Origin: an uncultured Planctomycetota bacterium
Lineage (GTDB): Bacteria > Planctomycetota > Planctomycetia > Pirellulales > Lacipirellulaceae
Length of the DNA stretch: 64,000 nucleotides
Assembly (NCBI GenBank): GCA_963719315.1
Contig: CAVRBU010000004.1
Location: 608,001-672,000 of the forward strand
Direction of reading: 5' to 3'
The notes under the pieces were generated by a model. That model saw only the letters and a list, made by a program, of their open reading frames with translations, was not told the DNA's origin and searched no databases. A program made the translations under genes and the position numbers. Positions within the stretch are counted from its first letter, which is position 1. Each line of letters begins with the position of its first letter. Below are positions 20,808-29,239 of this stretch, one piece after another.

Positions 20808-21126
20808 CTCAAAGTGAAACCGCCAAGTACGCCAAGAGCGCCAAGTCTTCATTCAGTAGTTCCAAGTTTCGAGACGGACGAGGAAATAAATTACTGAGGA
20901 ACACTAATTCTCACTAATTTTCGCTAATTCCGAATCAGTGGAGATTAGCGCAGATTAGTGTTCCGCCTTTTCTTATCTGAACTTGGAACTACTGTCATTA
21001 TATTACGATCAAAGACGCGATAGTCTGCCGGAACGGTATTTAGCAGACAAACTGCAAGTCAAATTGATTTCTCTCTGTATTCCTTGGCGTTCTTGCGCAC
21101 TTGGCGGTTCGTCTTTTCAGTTTGAG
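20808..21126. mobile_element. MITE-B copy 1, interrupted by MITE-C
   Basis: ctcaaagtgaaa...tttcagtttgag ends; near-identical to 21245-21415 once 20854-20999 is removed. Confidence 0.85.
20854..20994. mobile_element. MITE-C (141 bp) nested in MITE-B
   Basis: Perfect 15-bp terminal repeats cagtagttccaagtt / aacttggaactactg, flanked by a TCATT direct repeat (20849-20853, 20995-20999). Confidence 0.9.
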
Positions 21127-21244
21127 GCAACACGATCCAGCCGATAGTATAACGCAGTGGGCCAGGCGTTGCCGGACGGAAAATTCGTGCGTCGCGGCAC
21201 AGAGTTCTTGTCGGCTGGGTGGCGCTTGGCCGCCTGGCTATTTA

Positions 21245-21415
21245 CTCAAAGTGAAACCGCCAAGTACGCCAAGAGCGCCAAGTCTTCATTTATTACGATC
21301 AAAGACGCGATAGTCTGCCGGAACGGTATTTAGCAAACAAACTGCACGCCAAATTGATTTCTCTCTGTATTCCTTGGCGTTCTTCGCGCCTTGGCGGTTC
21401 GTTTTTCAGTTTGAG
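21245..21415. mobile_element. MITE-B copy 2 (uninterrupted, 171 bp)
   Basis: Same ends as copy 1; internal cgccaag x3 and inverted cttggcg units; flanks gctattta / gctattca resemble an 8-bp target duplication with one mismatch. Confidence 0.85.
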
Positions 21416-21441
21416 GCTATTCACGAATCAATCTGTACCAC

Positions 21442-21672
21442 TACCACAACGGCACCGTTGATGCGGCCGACTATGTGCTGTGGCGCAAGGATCCGAACTT
21501 TTATGGGGGAACGCCTGGCGGCTACAATACGTGGCGGGCCAACTTCGGCAATCCACCCGGCAGCGGCAGCGGTAGCAGCGCAATCGACGGCGCCGCCGTG
21601 CCGGAACCCTCCAGCTTGTGCTTGCTGCCCGTCAGCCCGTGCGCTTTGGCGACTGGTCGCCGCGTCCGCTAA
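21442..21672 (+). pseudogene. Orphan 3' remnant of a dockerin-like/PEP-CTERM gene
   Basis: YHNGTVDAADYVLWRK...YNTWRANFGNPPGSGSG...VPEPSSLCLL...RRVR*; in-frame TGA at 21412 inside MITE-B; no signal peptide. Confidence 0.8.
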
Positions 21673-21764
21673 CCCATTTGCGACGTAAAAGCAAGCAAAA
21701 AGATTCGTTCCGCGCAGCACTTTCTCGCTTTCGCAAACGCGAGAAAGAACTGCGCGGTTTTCGT

Positions 21765-21794
21765 TTGCACCGTTGCAAATGCCGGTTATTCTAA
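21765..21794 (+). promoter_or_regulatory. Putative sigma70-like promoter
   Basis: TTGCAC-N16-TATTCT; same geometry and shared ggttattctaa at 25224-25253. Confidence 0.5.
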
Positions 21795-21875
21795 GAGTAG
21801 CGGTCGTCGTCGGCATGTTACGCCGACAGTCAACATCTTCAGCAATTGGTCTCAGTGGGCGGAGAAACCCTAACT

Positions 21876-23103
21876 ATGAAACTTTTCACATTCCTATTCG
21901 CGGGCTGCTTCATCGTCTTCGTCGGTCTCTCAACGGCCCAGGCGGACACGACCATCGTGAACGAAACTTTCGACAGCTATGTCGATGGCGGCGGCCTGCC
22001 GGATCAAGCCGCGTTCGAAGCGAATTGGCGACCCGACAACGGCGACGGCATTCCCGACTTTCTCGATCCGACGAACGCCGGCTTCCTGGTGCCCGATCAG
22101 TTTGGAATCGTGAATCCTCCCAACGACAATCCGCCCGGCCTGCAGGGCGTCGGTGTGGCAAACATCGGAACGGGCATCAACGAATCGAACGCCACGTTTT
22201 CTCTGATGCCGAGCGCAACGCAATGGATTCGCTACGGCGGCGACATTTACAACGACGGCCCAATTACCAACGATAGTGCATCGGGCATGCGGCAGGCCAT
22301 CGGTTTGCGAAACGACAACTATGATCGCGATCCCGTGACGTTCGGCTGCCAGTGCGGTACAAACTTTCTGGAGCTCGGGTTCTACAACACCAAGCGCAGT
22401 CGATCCAATCACTGGCGAAACGCGCCCCAGCACTCAGTTTCAATATCGCATCGCTTTGTTCTCGCGGGTTCAGCCCGGCAATGTCGCGCTGCCCAATTGG
22501 CTCTCGTTCAAGTTGGATCCGGCGTTGGATACGAACGGCGTTCCAGCCGACGGCGACTACAACAACAACGGCACGGTGGATGCCGCGGACTATGTCATGT
22601 GGCGCGATAACGTAGGTACCTCGAACGTCTTGGCCAATGACCCAACCGGCGGCACGATCGGCCAGGCCCAATTCGATACGTGGCGAGCCCAATTTGGCAA
22701 AAAGTCGACTGCCGGACTCGTGGACATCAACGATATCGGCGCGGGTTGGCATACGTTTTCCGCGCTCATCAAGCCCGATTCAATCACCGTCGAGCTCGAC
22801 CTCTATCGCGACGGCATCAACAACGCCACGGGCCTTCCGGGCGTCGATGCATCGGAGACTTGGGCGGCTCAAATGGACACTATTGCTGGCGCGGCGGGCG
22901 CATTCAACAGCCTGCGGATTGGCCCGCCGTCGGGAATCTCCGGCAACGACCACACGGTGTTCGACAATGTCTTTTTGACGGTCATCGATGTTCCCCCCGC
23001 GGTAGGGACGCTTGCCGCGAGTGTTCCCGAACCGGCCTCGCTGGTCCTGGTCGCTTTGGGCATGGCGGGTCTGCTCGGTCTATCGCGATCGCGGCAGAAT
23101 TAA
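21876..23103 (+). CDS. PEP-CTERM protein with an internal dockerin-like repeat; frameshift near 22395
   Basis: GGAG RBS, MKLFTFLFAGCFIVF signal; continues in the +1 frame AVDPITGETRPSTQFQYRIALF...GDYNNNGTVDAADYV...VPEPAS-TM-RSRQN. Confidence 0.82.
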
Positions 23104-23451
23104 GAGAAGTCAAAACTTGCTGCGCGGTATGTTCGGCGCGGGAAACCGGCCGTCGCCGGGCATGGTGCGATTTGCAAGACGCATCCCTTGCTTGCGCTGC
23201 GGGCTTCAATCGTTGTTCATCCTTGTGTTTGCTGTTTCGAATTCCTGGGCCGCTCCAACTATTTTTGGTAAGCATCCCGTTTTCAGCGACGCGATGCGCT
23301 ACATCGACAAACGAGTGCGCACAATGCGCATTGCTTAGGTCGCCCCGGCGGCTAGAATTATGGTTATGGACGCACAGGTTGGCGGAGCGGCTACCGTGCT
23401 TCGCAGTACCTGGTCATTGACCACACCCACTACTTTTCCGAGGTGGCTGTT

Positions 23452-24531
23452 ATGAACCGCACTTCCTTAGCAAGTCGCACGGCAGGAGCTCGTGGATTTA
23501 CGCTCGTGGAACTTCTGGTGGTGATTGCCATCATTGGTATTTTGGTGGCGCTGCTCCTTCCAGCGGTCCAAGCGGCGCGCGAAGCGGCGCGGCGGATGAG
23601 TTGCCAGAACAATCTCAAGAATGCGGCGTTGGCCTGCCTGAACTATGAGAACGCGAAACGCGAGTTGCCGCCGGGCGCGGTGAATCATCTCAAATCCGGT
23701 GACAACGGCTTTAGTTGGCAGGTGCTGATTCTGCCCTACGTGGAAGAAGGTTCGATCAGCGCCGAAGTCGAAGCGGCGGTGAAGCAGCGGCTGCAAACGA
23801 ATCCGAACGATCCAATTGACGGCTATGAGATCGCCGGCCAATATGGCAATGGCATCACGATCTTTCTCTGTCCGACGGATACCGAAATCAAGGACAAGTT
23901 CAATCAGGGACTTTCTAGTTCCAGCTACGCGGGAGTGATGGGATCGTACGCGAGCCGTAACGGAGTTACCGGCACATGCTTAACGAAGATCTGGCCGGGC
24001 GGCAGCCGGGATTATTGCGCAGGCAACCGCGGATCCTTGGCAGGCGTCGTGAATTTCGATGGTTTGCTGACGGAGGATCTGCCCATCAAGATCAGCACAG
24101 CGACCGATGGGATGAGCAAAACGCTCATGTTGGGCGAACGCTGGTATCAATTACGGGCTTGGACCGTGGGTGTTTATTGGACCAGTCCTCCTCCATCTTA
24201 CTCTCCGATCACCAAAAAACCGCCGGTAGGTCCGTGCGGCGTGGCTTATGTGAGCGCGTGCAAGAATCTCGATGACCGTTATCCGATTAACGCGAGTCTT
24301 AACGCAGTCGGCTACTATGTAATCCACGATAATAACACGGATCGGCCTCCTATGCCCCCGGGCGGCCAGAAGACCATGGCCTTCAATGACCTGCTGTGGG
24401 GCAGCTTTCATTCGGGCGGCGCTAACTTCGCCTACGGTGATGGCAGCGTCCATTTTCTGAACGATAACATAGACGTTGATACTTTCCTCGCGCTCGGTTC
24501 CCGAAACGGCGAGGATACGGTTAGCGAATGA
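23452..24531 (+). CDS. DUF1559 prepilin-like protein
   Basis: [69 protein letters not shown]. Confidence 0.92.
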   Translation: MNRTSLASRTAGARGFTLVELLVVIAIIGILVALLLPAVQAAREAARRMSCQNNLKNAALACLNYENAKRELPPGAVNHLKSGDNGFSWQVLILPYVEEGSISAEVEAAVKQRLQTNPNDPIDGYEIAGQYGNGITIFLCPTDTEIKDKFNQGLSSSSYAGVMGSYASRNGVTGTCLTKIWPGGSRDYCAGNRGSLAGVVNFDGLLTEDLPIKISTATDGMSKTLMLGERWYQLRAWTVGVYWTSPPPSYSPITKKPPVGPCGVAYVSACKNLDDRYPINASLNAVGYYVIHDNNTDRPPMPPGGQKTMAFNDLLWGSFHSGGANFAYGDGSVHFLNDNIDVDTFLALGSRNGEDTVSE

Positions 24532-24947
24532 GCAGCATGCATCGAATCCTCCTGCGGGGAAAGTCATGTGCGTTGTTGCTGGTCGCGTTGTCAGCCCTTT
24601 CGGGCTGTGGGGGCAGCGTCGCCACGAATACTGTTTCAGGCAAGGCAACCTACCGGGGCGAACCGCTGGCGGGCGGCAGCGTGACGTTTCACCCGGATAA
24701 GGGACAGCCCACGATCGCGGCGATCGATTCGACGGGTTCGTATACGGTGGAGTTGCCGCTCGGCGAGTACCGCGTCGCGGTATATGCGGCCGGAGTCAAG
24801 GTACCCGAGGGTTGGAAGGATGGCGATCCTTCCCCTCCACCGCCGAAGCTGGTGCTGCCGTCAGAATACTCGACCCGCGCCAAGACGAAGCTCCACATCA
24901 CCGTAACGGGCAGCGGTACGCAAACCGAAGACTTCATCCTGAAGTGA
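24528..24947 (+). CDS. DUF1559-associated lipoprotein
   Basis: ATGA overlap with the upstream gene; LSGC lipobox; [28 protein letters not shown]. Confidence 0.85.
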   Translation: MSSMHRILLRGKSCALLLVALSALSGCGGSVATNTVSGKATYRGEPLAGGSVTFHPDKGQPTIAAIDSTGSYTVELPLGEYRVAVYAAGVKVPEGWKDGDPSPPPPKLVLPSEYSTRAKTKLHITVTGSGTQTEDFILK

Positions 24948-24958
24948 AGTCACGCCCC

Positions 24959-25092
24959 CAAGTGCATTGTCACAGCTTGATTTTGGGATTAGCCGCGGGG
25001 CGCTAGCCCCCGGTTGGAGCGGCACAAACCGGGGGCTAGGGCCCTGCGGATGATGCGCCCAACCCCAATTTTTAGCTGTGACTAAGCACTAG
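24959..25092. mobile_element. MITE-A copy 3 (slightly degenerate)
   Basis: caagtgcattgtcacagct...agctgtgactaagcactag, followed by an extra cgccctgcggctga half-REP. Confidence 0.8.
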
Positions 25093-25223
25093 CGCCCTGC
25101 GGCTGATCCGAAAACGATGCTTTGGCGCAGCACGGGTTTCCATCGTTTGTTCGACCGGCTAGGGAGAAATCGCTCACGCCAGCCATTTTGCGAAAAAACG
25201 TGAAAAGTTTGCGCACAATTTGG

Positions 25224-25253
25224 TTGTATGGGTCGCATGGCTGGTTATTCTAA
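25224..25253 (+). promoter_or_regulatory. Putative sigma70-like promoter
   Basis: TTGTAT-N16-TATTCT upstream of the PEP-CTERM gene at 25330. Confidence 0.5.
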
Positions 25254-25329
25254 AGATAGATGGGCGGCCAGTTCGGCCGCTTGATGGTTCGTCCTTTACC
25301 TATCCAACCCTGCACTTTCAACGGGAGGA

Positions 25330-26085
25330 ATGCTCATGAGATGTTTTGCAACGGCCTTGGCGGGCTTGCTGGTCGCAAGCCTGGCGGTGACGGCCAACGC
25401 CGCCTTCATGGTTGAGGTCGATACGGACGGCACAACTGTCGGCAACACCAGAACGCCTAGTCCGAACTTTTCGTTTGGCGGCGATACGACAACCGCATCT
25501 GCCAGCATAACTAGCTTCGCGATCGGAACAACAGGCGGCAACAGTATTTTCGGCGGCGACGGCGTGGCACTCCCAGACACGTACGTCTTCTCGTACACGC
25601 CGGGTACAAATGTCGACAACACGCCATTTGCCGCCGGTACCGTGCTGGGTTCCACGACTGGCTTTCCGGGCGAAGGGAACAAGTCGTCGGGAGTGGCAGG
25701 TGGGGCATCGGGAATGTACAATGTGTACTTCACGGCACCCGAGTCGACAAACGTAAGTGCGACATCGATTTTCACACTGACGCAAAACGGCGCCCCGATC
25801 GTAATTGGCCCCGTGAATATTAACAATACGGGCACTGGCCCGGACACCGATCCTGGACCGGCGTTTGTTGGGGGCGCCAACAACTCCTGGCACTTGCTCG
25901 GTACGGTGAGTCTGGTGGCCGGCAACACCTACAAGGTGACGCAAGAAACCACCGCGAATACGTTCGTATCGCAGCGAGCCTACGCCGTAATGTGGGAGCC
26001 CGTGGCTGAGGTTCCGGAGCCCTCGACGTTCGTCTTAGCAGGCTTGGCCTTCGTTGGTCTGTTGGCCCGACGGCGCAGCGTTTAA
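25330..26085 (+). CDS. PEP-CTERM protein
   Basis: GGAGG RBS, signal peptide, VPEPSTFVLAGLAFVGLLARRRSV. Confidence 0.9.
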   Translation: MLMRCFATALAGLLVASLAVTANAAFMVEVDTDGTTVGNTRTPSPNFSFGGDTTTASASITSFAIGTTGGNSIFGGDGVALPDTYVFSYTPGTNVDNTPFAAGTVLGSTTGFPGEGNKSSGVAGGASGMYNVYFTAPESTNVSATSIFTLTQNGAPIVIGPVNINNTGTGPDTDPGPAFVGGANNSWHLLGTVSLVAGNTYKVTQETTANTFVSQRAYAVMWEPVAEVPEPSTFVLAGLAFVGLLARRRSV

Positions 26086-26182
26086 CGATCTGTTTGTAAT
26101 CCAACACCTTCGCAGCCACTTCGACTTCCCACCGAAGTGGCTGTTTTCATTTCACCGCATCGCAGAAGTAGGAGGAGCGCTC

Positions 26183-26929
26183 ATGAGATTGTTGTCATCG
26201 ACTTTGGCAGCCTTGCTGGTCATCGGCTTCAGCCAATCATCCGCCCATGCCACTTTCGTCGTTGGAGCGCACAGTTCAGAAAATGGAAACGCCAATTTTT
26301 CGTTTGGCGGCGATACGACCTCGGCCTCGACAAGTATTGCCAGTGGGGCCGCGGGCCTCATCGGCACCAATAGCATCTTCGGCGGCAACGGCAGCGCGAA
26401 CGACGTTTACGTTTTTTCTTATACGCCCGGAACCGACGCCGACAACACGGTCTTTGCGGCCGGCGCGGCACTGGGCGATAGCTCGGCGACTGACATCGAC
26501 GGCGCCGGCGTAACCGCGCCGGTCTATGCGAATGTGCCGCAGTTGGCCAGCGGCCTGACGGGCGGCCGCTCGGGGTTGTACAAGGTGTACTTCACCACGC
26601 CCGCGAGCACGGGCGTCAACGGCACCACGCTGTTCGAGACCGCCGGCAATTTGGGAACCGTTGCGCTCAACCCGGTGAATTTGAACACGGGTGGAACGGG
26701 AACCGGCAACGGGGCGAACAACGCCTGGCTGCACATTGCCACCGTGCCGCTCACGGCCGGAAATACCTACAGCGTGACGATGACCTCCAGCGGAACGGCG
26801 TTCGTCTCTCAACGGGCTCACGCGGTCATGTGGGAATTCATCGGGCCGAATGTACCCGAACCGGCAACGATCGCGCTGGCGGGATTGGCCGGTATCGGCA
26901 TGTTGGTTCCTCGCCGCCGCAGATTGTAG
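26183..26929 (+). CDS. PEP-CTERM protein, tandem paralog of 25330-26085
   Basis: AGGAGG RBS; shared NFSFGGDTT, NSIFGG, YVFSYTPGT, GANN.W, FVSQRA.AVMWE; VPEPA-TM-RRRL. Confidence 0.9.
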   Translation: MRLLSSTLAALLVIGFSQSSAHATFVVGAHSSENGNANFSFGGDTTSASTSIASGAAGLIGTNSIFGGNGSANDVYVFSYTPGTDADNTVFAAGAALGDSSATDIDGAGVTAPVYANVPQLASGLTGGRSGLYKVYFTTPASTGVNGTTLFETAGNLGTVALNPVNLNTGGTGTGNGANNAWLHIATVPLTAGNTYSVTMTSSGTAFVSQRAHAVMWEFIGPNVPEPATIALAGLAGIGMLVPRRRRL

Positions 26930-26967
26930 GGACGGTCGGCTCTCCGATCGGTGTGAGCTTCACGATC

Positions 26968-28689
26968 CTAGACCAACCATGGCCGGCGGCGCCCAGTGAA
27001 TAGCAGAACTGCGGCGAGGGCAACGAGTATGATGCCGGCCGGCTCTGGGATCGCGATGCCGCGAGCAAGGGCCGAGCCGCTGCCCGTCGCCACCTGCTTC
27101 CGCCACAAAAGATAGTCACCAGAGTCGACGACGCCGTCGCCGTTGCCGTCGGCGCTGGTCCAGGGCGTAACCGTCTGGCCGAACGCGGCGCGCCACGCCG
27201 TATAGTCGGCGGCATCGACTAGGCCGTCGCCCGTGAAATCGCCTGGGATCGGCCTCATGCGCAAGACGATTAAAGTATGTGGCGCGATCTCCACCTGCGC
27301 AATGCCACCGATCATCGTCACCGCGGCTAATGGCTCAAGTGCCGCCGACAACCGATCGGCGTTGTATTGAAAGACGTCCAGCGTTCGTTCCAGGGTTTCG
27401 GATTCGAATTGCACGGCGACATCGGCCGACTCCGTGGCGTGGGTGTTCACCAGAATTACGGCCTCGTGAGCGGCGTTTCGGATGGTAAAGGCTTCCACCG
27501 CAGCGGACGGGTCGCCGGTCACATCGGTAGTGAGCAGTTCGGCGGCGGTCGTGAGCCCGGCCGTTTCGTGGAGCAACCGCGCGGCGTAATACGCGGGCTG
27601 GAGCTCGTACTCCGGCGGCCAGCGGATCAATCCAAAGCCGCCGGTGGTGCCAAACCGCAGCGCCATATCGCTCCCCCCTCGTGCCGAATAGAGCCATCCC
27701 AGAGACGCGACGAGCCCGCCCATGGCATCGACGTTCCGGGGATCGGTGTACGGCGCGCCATCCTTGGTCCAGACGGAGCTCGTATTGAATTCCGTTAGAG
27801 TGAGTTCAATCGCCTTGTTGGTGACTGTAGCTAAATCCGCGCGAATTGCAGCGGGCGCTGTCTCGAATAGCTTGGCTTTCTCGAAGATCGCCTCATCGAT
27901 GTCGTCCGGATTACCAGAGGCATATACGTGGTACGAGACGAAATCCAATTGCTGCTCGCCGCCCGGTTCGGCCAGTACTTTTTTGGCCCACGTAGCCGGC
28001 TCCCAGGAGCCATAACTGGCGGGTCCGCCGGCCCGCAGTCCCGGGTCAACATCGTGAATCGCCTCGGCCGCATTCAGGAATAGGTCTACCGATTCGGCCC
28101 AGCCCATGTAGCTCTTGCTGGTCGGATGGATGTGGTTCGGTTCATTGAGCAACTCGTAGTACGGCACTTGGCTGCCGTACCGCTGGGCCATCGCCTCGGC
28201 GAGCACCCGCCACTCTTGGCGGCCCGCCTCCTGGGTCCACCAGGGTTGCTGGCTGTCGCCAACGAACCAGCTACCATCTCGTTGGTTCAGGCTGAGCATC
28301 GGCGTCATGCCGGTTGCATTGATCTCTGCCACGGCCGTGTCGGTATCGGTCCAATCGAACACACCCGGCGATGGATGGACCTGCGGTACATCGACAAACA
28401 CGCGAACGACGCCGATCCCCGCTGCGTTGAGCGCACTTTGCGTGGCCGGTGTCGCGTAGGCGCTGGGGAAGTCGGCCAGTTGTCCCGTCGCTGGATCAAT
28501 CGCCCGATGCGTCGGGCCGTTGTACTGCAACCCCATGAAATTTGGGCCGACCGTTGCCTCGACTGTGTTTCGTACCGTAACCCCGACTGGTGCAGCGACC
28601 GCCAATGATAATTGCGCGACTGACGCCAGCGCAACAAAGGAGATCCGAACGCAGAATTCGAGCAAGTGGGACCGCATGATTAGCGGCAT
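26968..28689 (-). CDS. GH-A clan glycoside hydrolase (GH39/GH5-like) with dockerin-like and PEP-CTERM tail
   Basis: GVFDWTDTD; YYELLNEPN (acid/base); LDFVSYHVY; LTEFN (nucleophile); GDFTGDGLVDAADY; IPEPAG-TM-RRR. Confidence 0.8.
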   Translation of the reverse strand: MPLIMRSHLLEFCVRISFVALASVAQLSLAVAAPVGVTVRNTVEATVGPNFMGLQYNGPTHRAIDPATGQLADFPSAYATPATQSALNAAGIGVVRVFVDVPQVHPSPGVFDWTDTDTAVAEINATGMTPMLSLNQRDGSWFVGDSQQPWWTQEAGRQEWRVLAEAMAQRYGSQVPYYELLNEPNHIHPTSKSYMGWAESVDLFLNAAEAIHDVDPGLRAGGPASYGSWEPATWAKKVLAEPGGEQQLDFVSYHVYASGNPDDIDEAIFEKAKLFETAPAAIRADLATVTNKAIELTLTEFNTSSVWTKDGAPYTDPRNVDAMGGLVASLGWLYSARGGSDMALRFGTTGGFGLIRWPPEYELQPAYYAARLLHETAGLTTAAELLTTDVTGDPSAAVEAFTIRNAAHEAVILVNTHATESADVAVQFESETLERTLDVFQYNADRLSAALEPLAAVTMIGGIAQVEIAPHTLIVLRMRPIPGDFTGDGLVDAADYTAWRAAFGQTVTPWTSADGNGDGVVDSGDYLLWRKQVATGSGSALARGIAIPEPAGIILVALAAVLLFTGRRRPWLV

Positions 28690-28853
28690 TATAACAGAAA
28701 TGACGAATGGGAAGGGAACGCAGCCGGCCGCGAGAGGCGTCGCCTGACGCCAAGCAAGCCGATGATCGCCACGGCGACGATGAGGAGAAGCAGACCGGCC
28801 GGCTCCGGGATCGCTGTGCTGCCAACGGGCAGGCGCGGCCGATCAATTCGCAT
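28689..28853 (-). CDS. 54-aa ORF that is almost only a PEP-CTERM sorting signal (remnant or mini-protein)
   Basis: Hand translation MRIDRPRLPVGSTAIPEPAGLLLLIVAVAIIGLLGVRRRLSRPAAFPSHSSFLL*; its TAA overlaps the ATG at 28689 (TAATG). Below the ORF-track cutoff. Confidence 0.6.
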   Translation of the reverse strand: MRIDRPRLPVGSTAIPEPAGLLLLIVAVAIIGLLGVRRRLSRPAAFPSHSSFLL

Positions 28854-29239
28854 GACTCGAATCTCGCTTCGGCGCTACCGAATCATCGAATTCCACCCAA
28901 TGACTTAGTTCGCTGCGCGATAGCGTGAGCCATGTGCGCAGAGGAACGGTTTAATCGCCGTCAGAGCGACATGATGATAGATCAGAGCGCGCAAACAACT
29001 TGCCGTAATCCACGCCAGCAGGGATAATTAAGGAATGGAAGTACGGCACCATGCGAGCGGTTGTTCGCTTTGCGCTGCGGAAATTTCGCGGGAAGAGGCT
29101 TCTCATTTTGCAAGCTGCGTTTGACTGCGCTGAACGCCGCGCGACGGTCTGGTGGATCATTTTATCGGCGCGGAGTTGCCCACTTTTTGCCACGAAGCGC
29201 TGCTTGAGTCCCATCGACGTTTTTGGAGTTCAATAGGAA

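Noticed and set aside
20759..21415. Possible CRISPR array
   Set aside because: The repeats are adjacent duplicates or inverted-repeat elements, with no regular unique spacers and no cas genes.
28951..29214. 87-aa minus ORF in the divergent intergenic region
   Set aside because: No motif or RBS recognised; could be a decayed 5' end of the PEP-CTERM remnant but cannot be supported.
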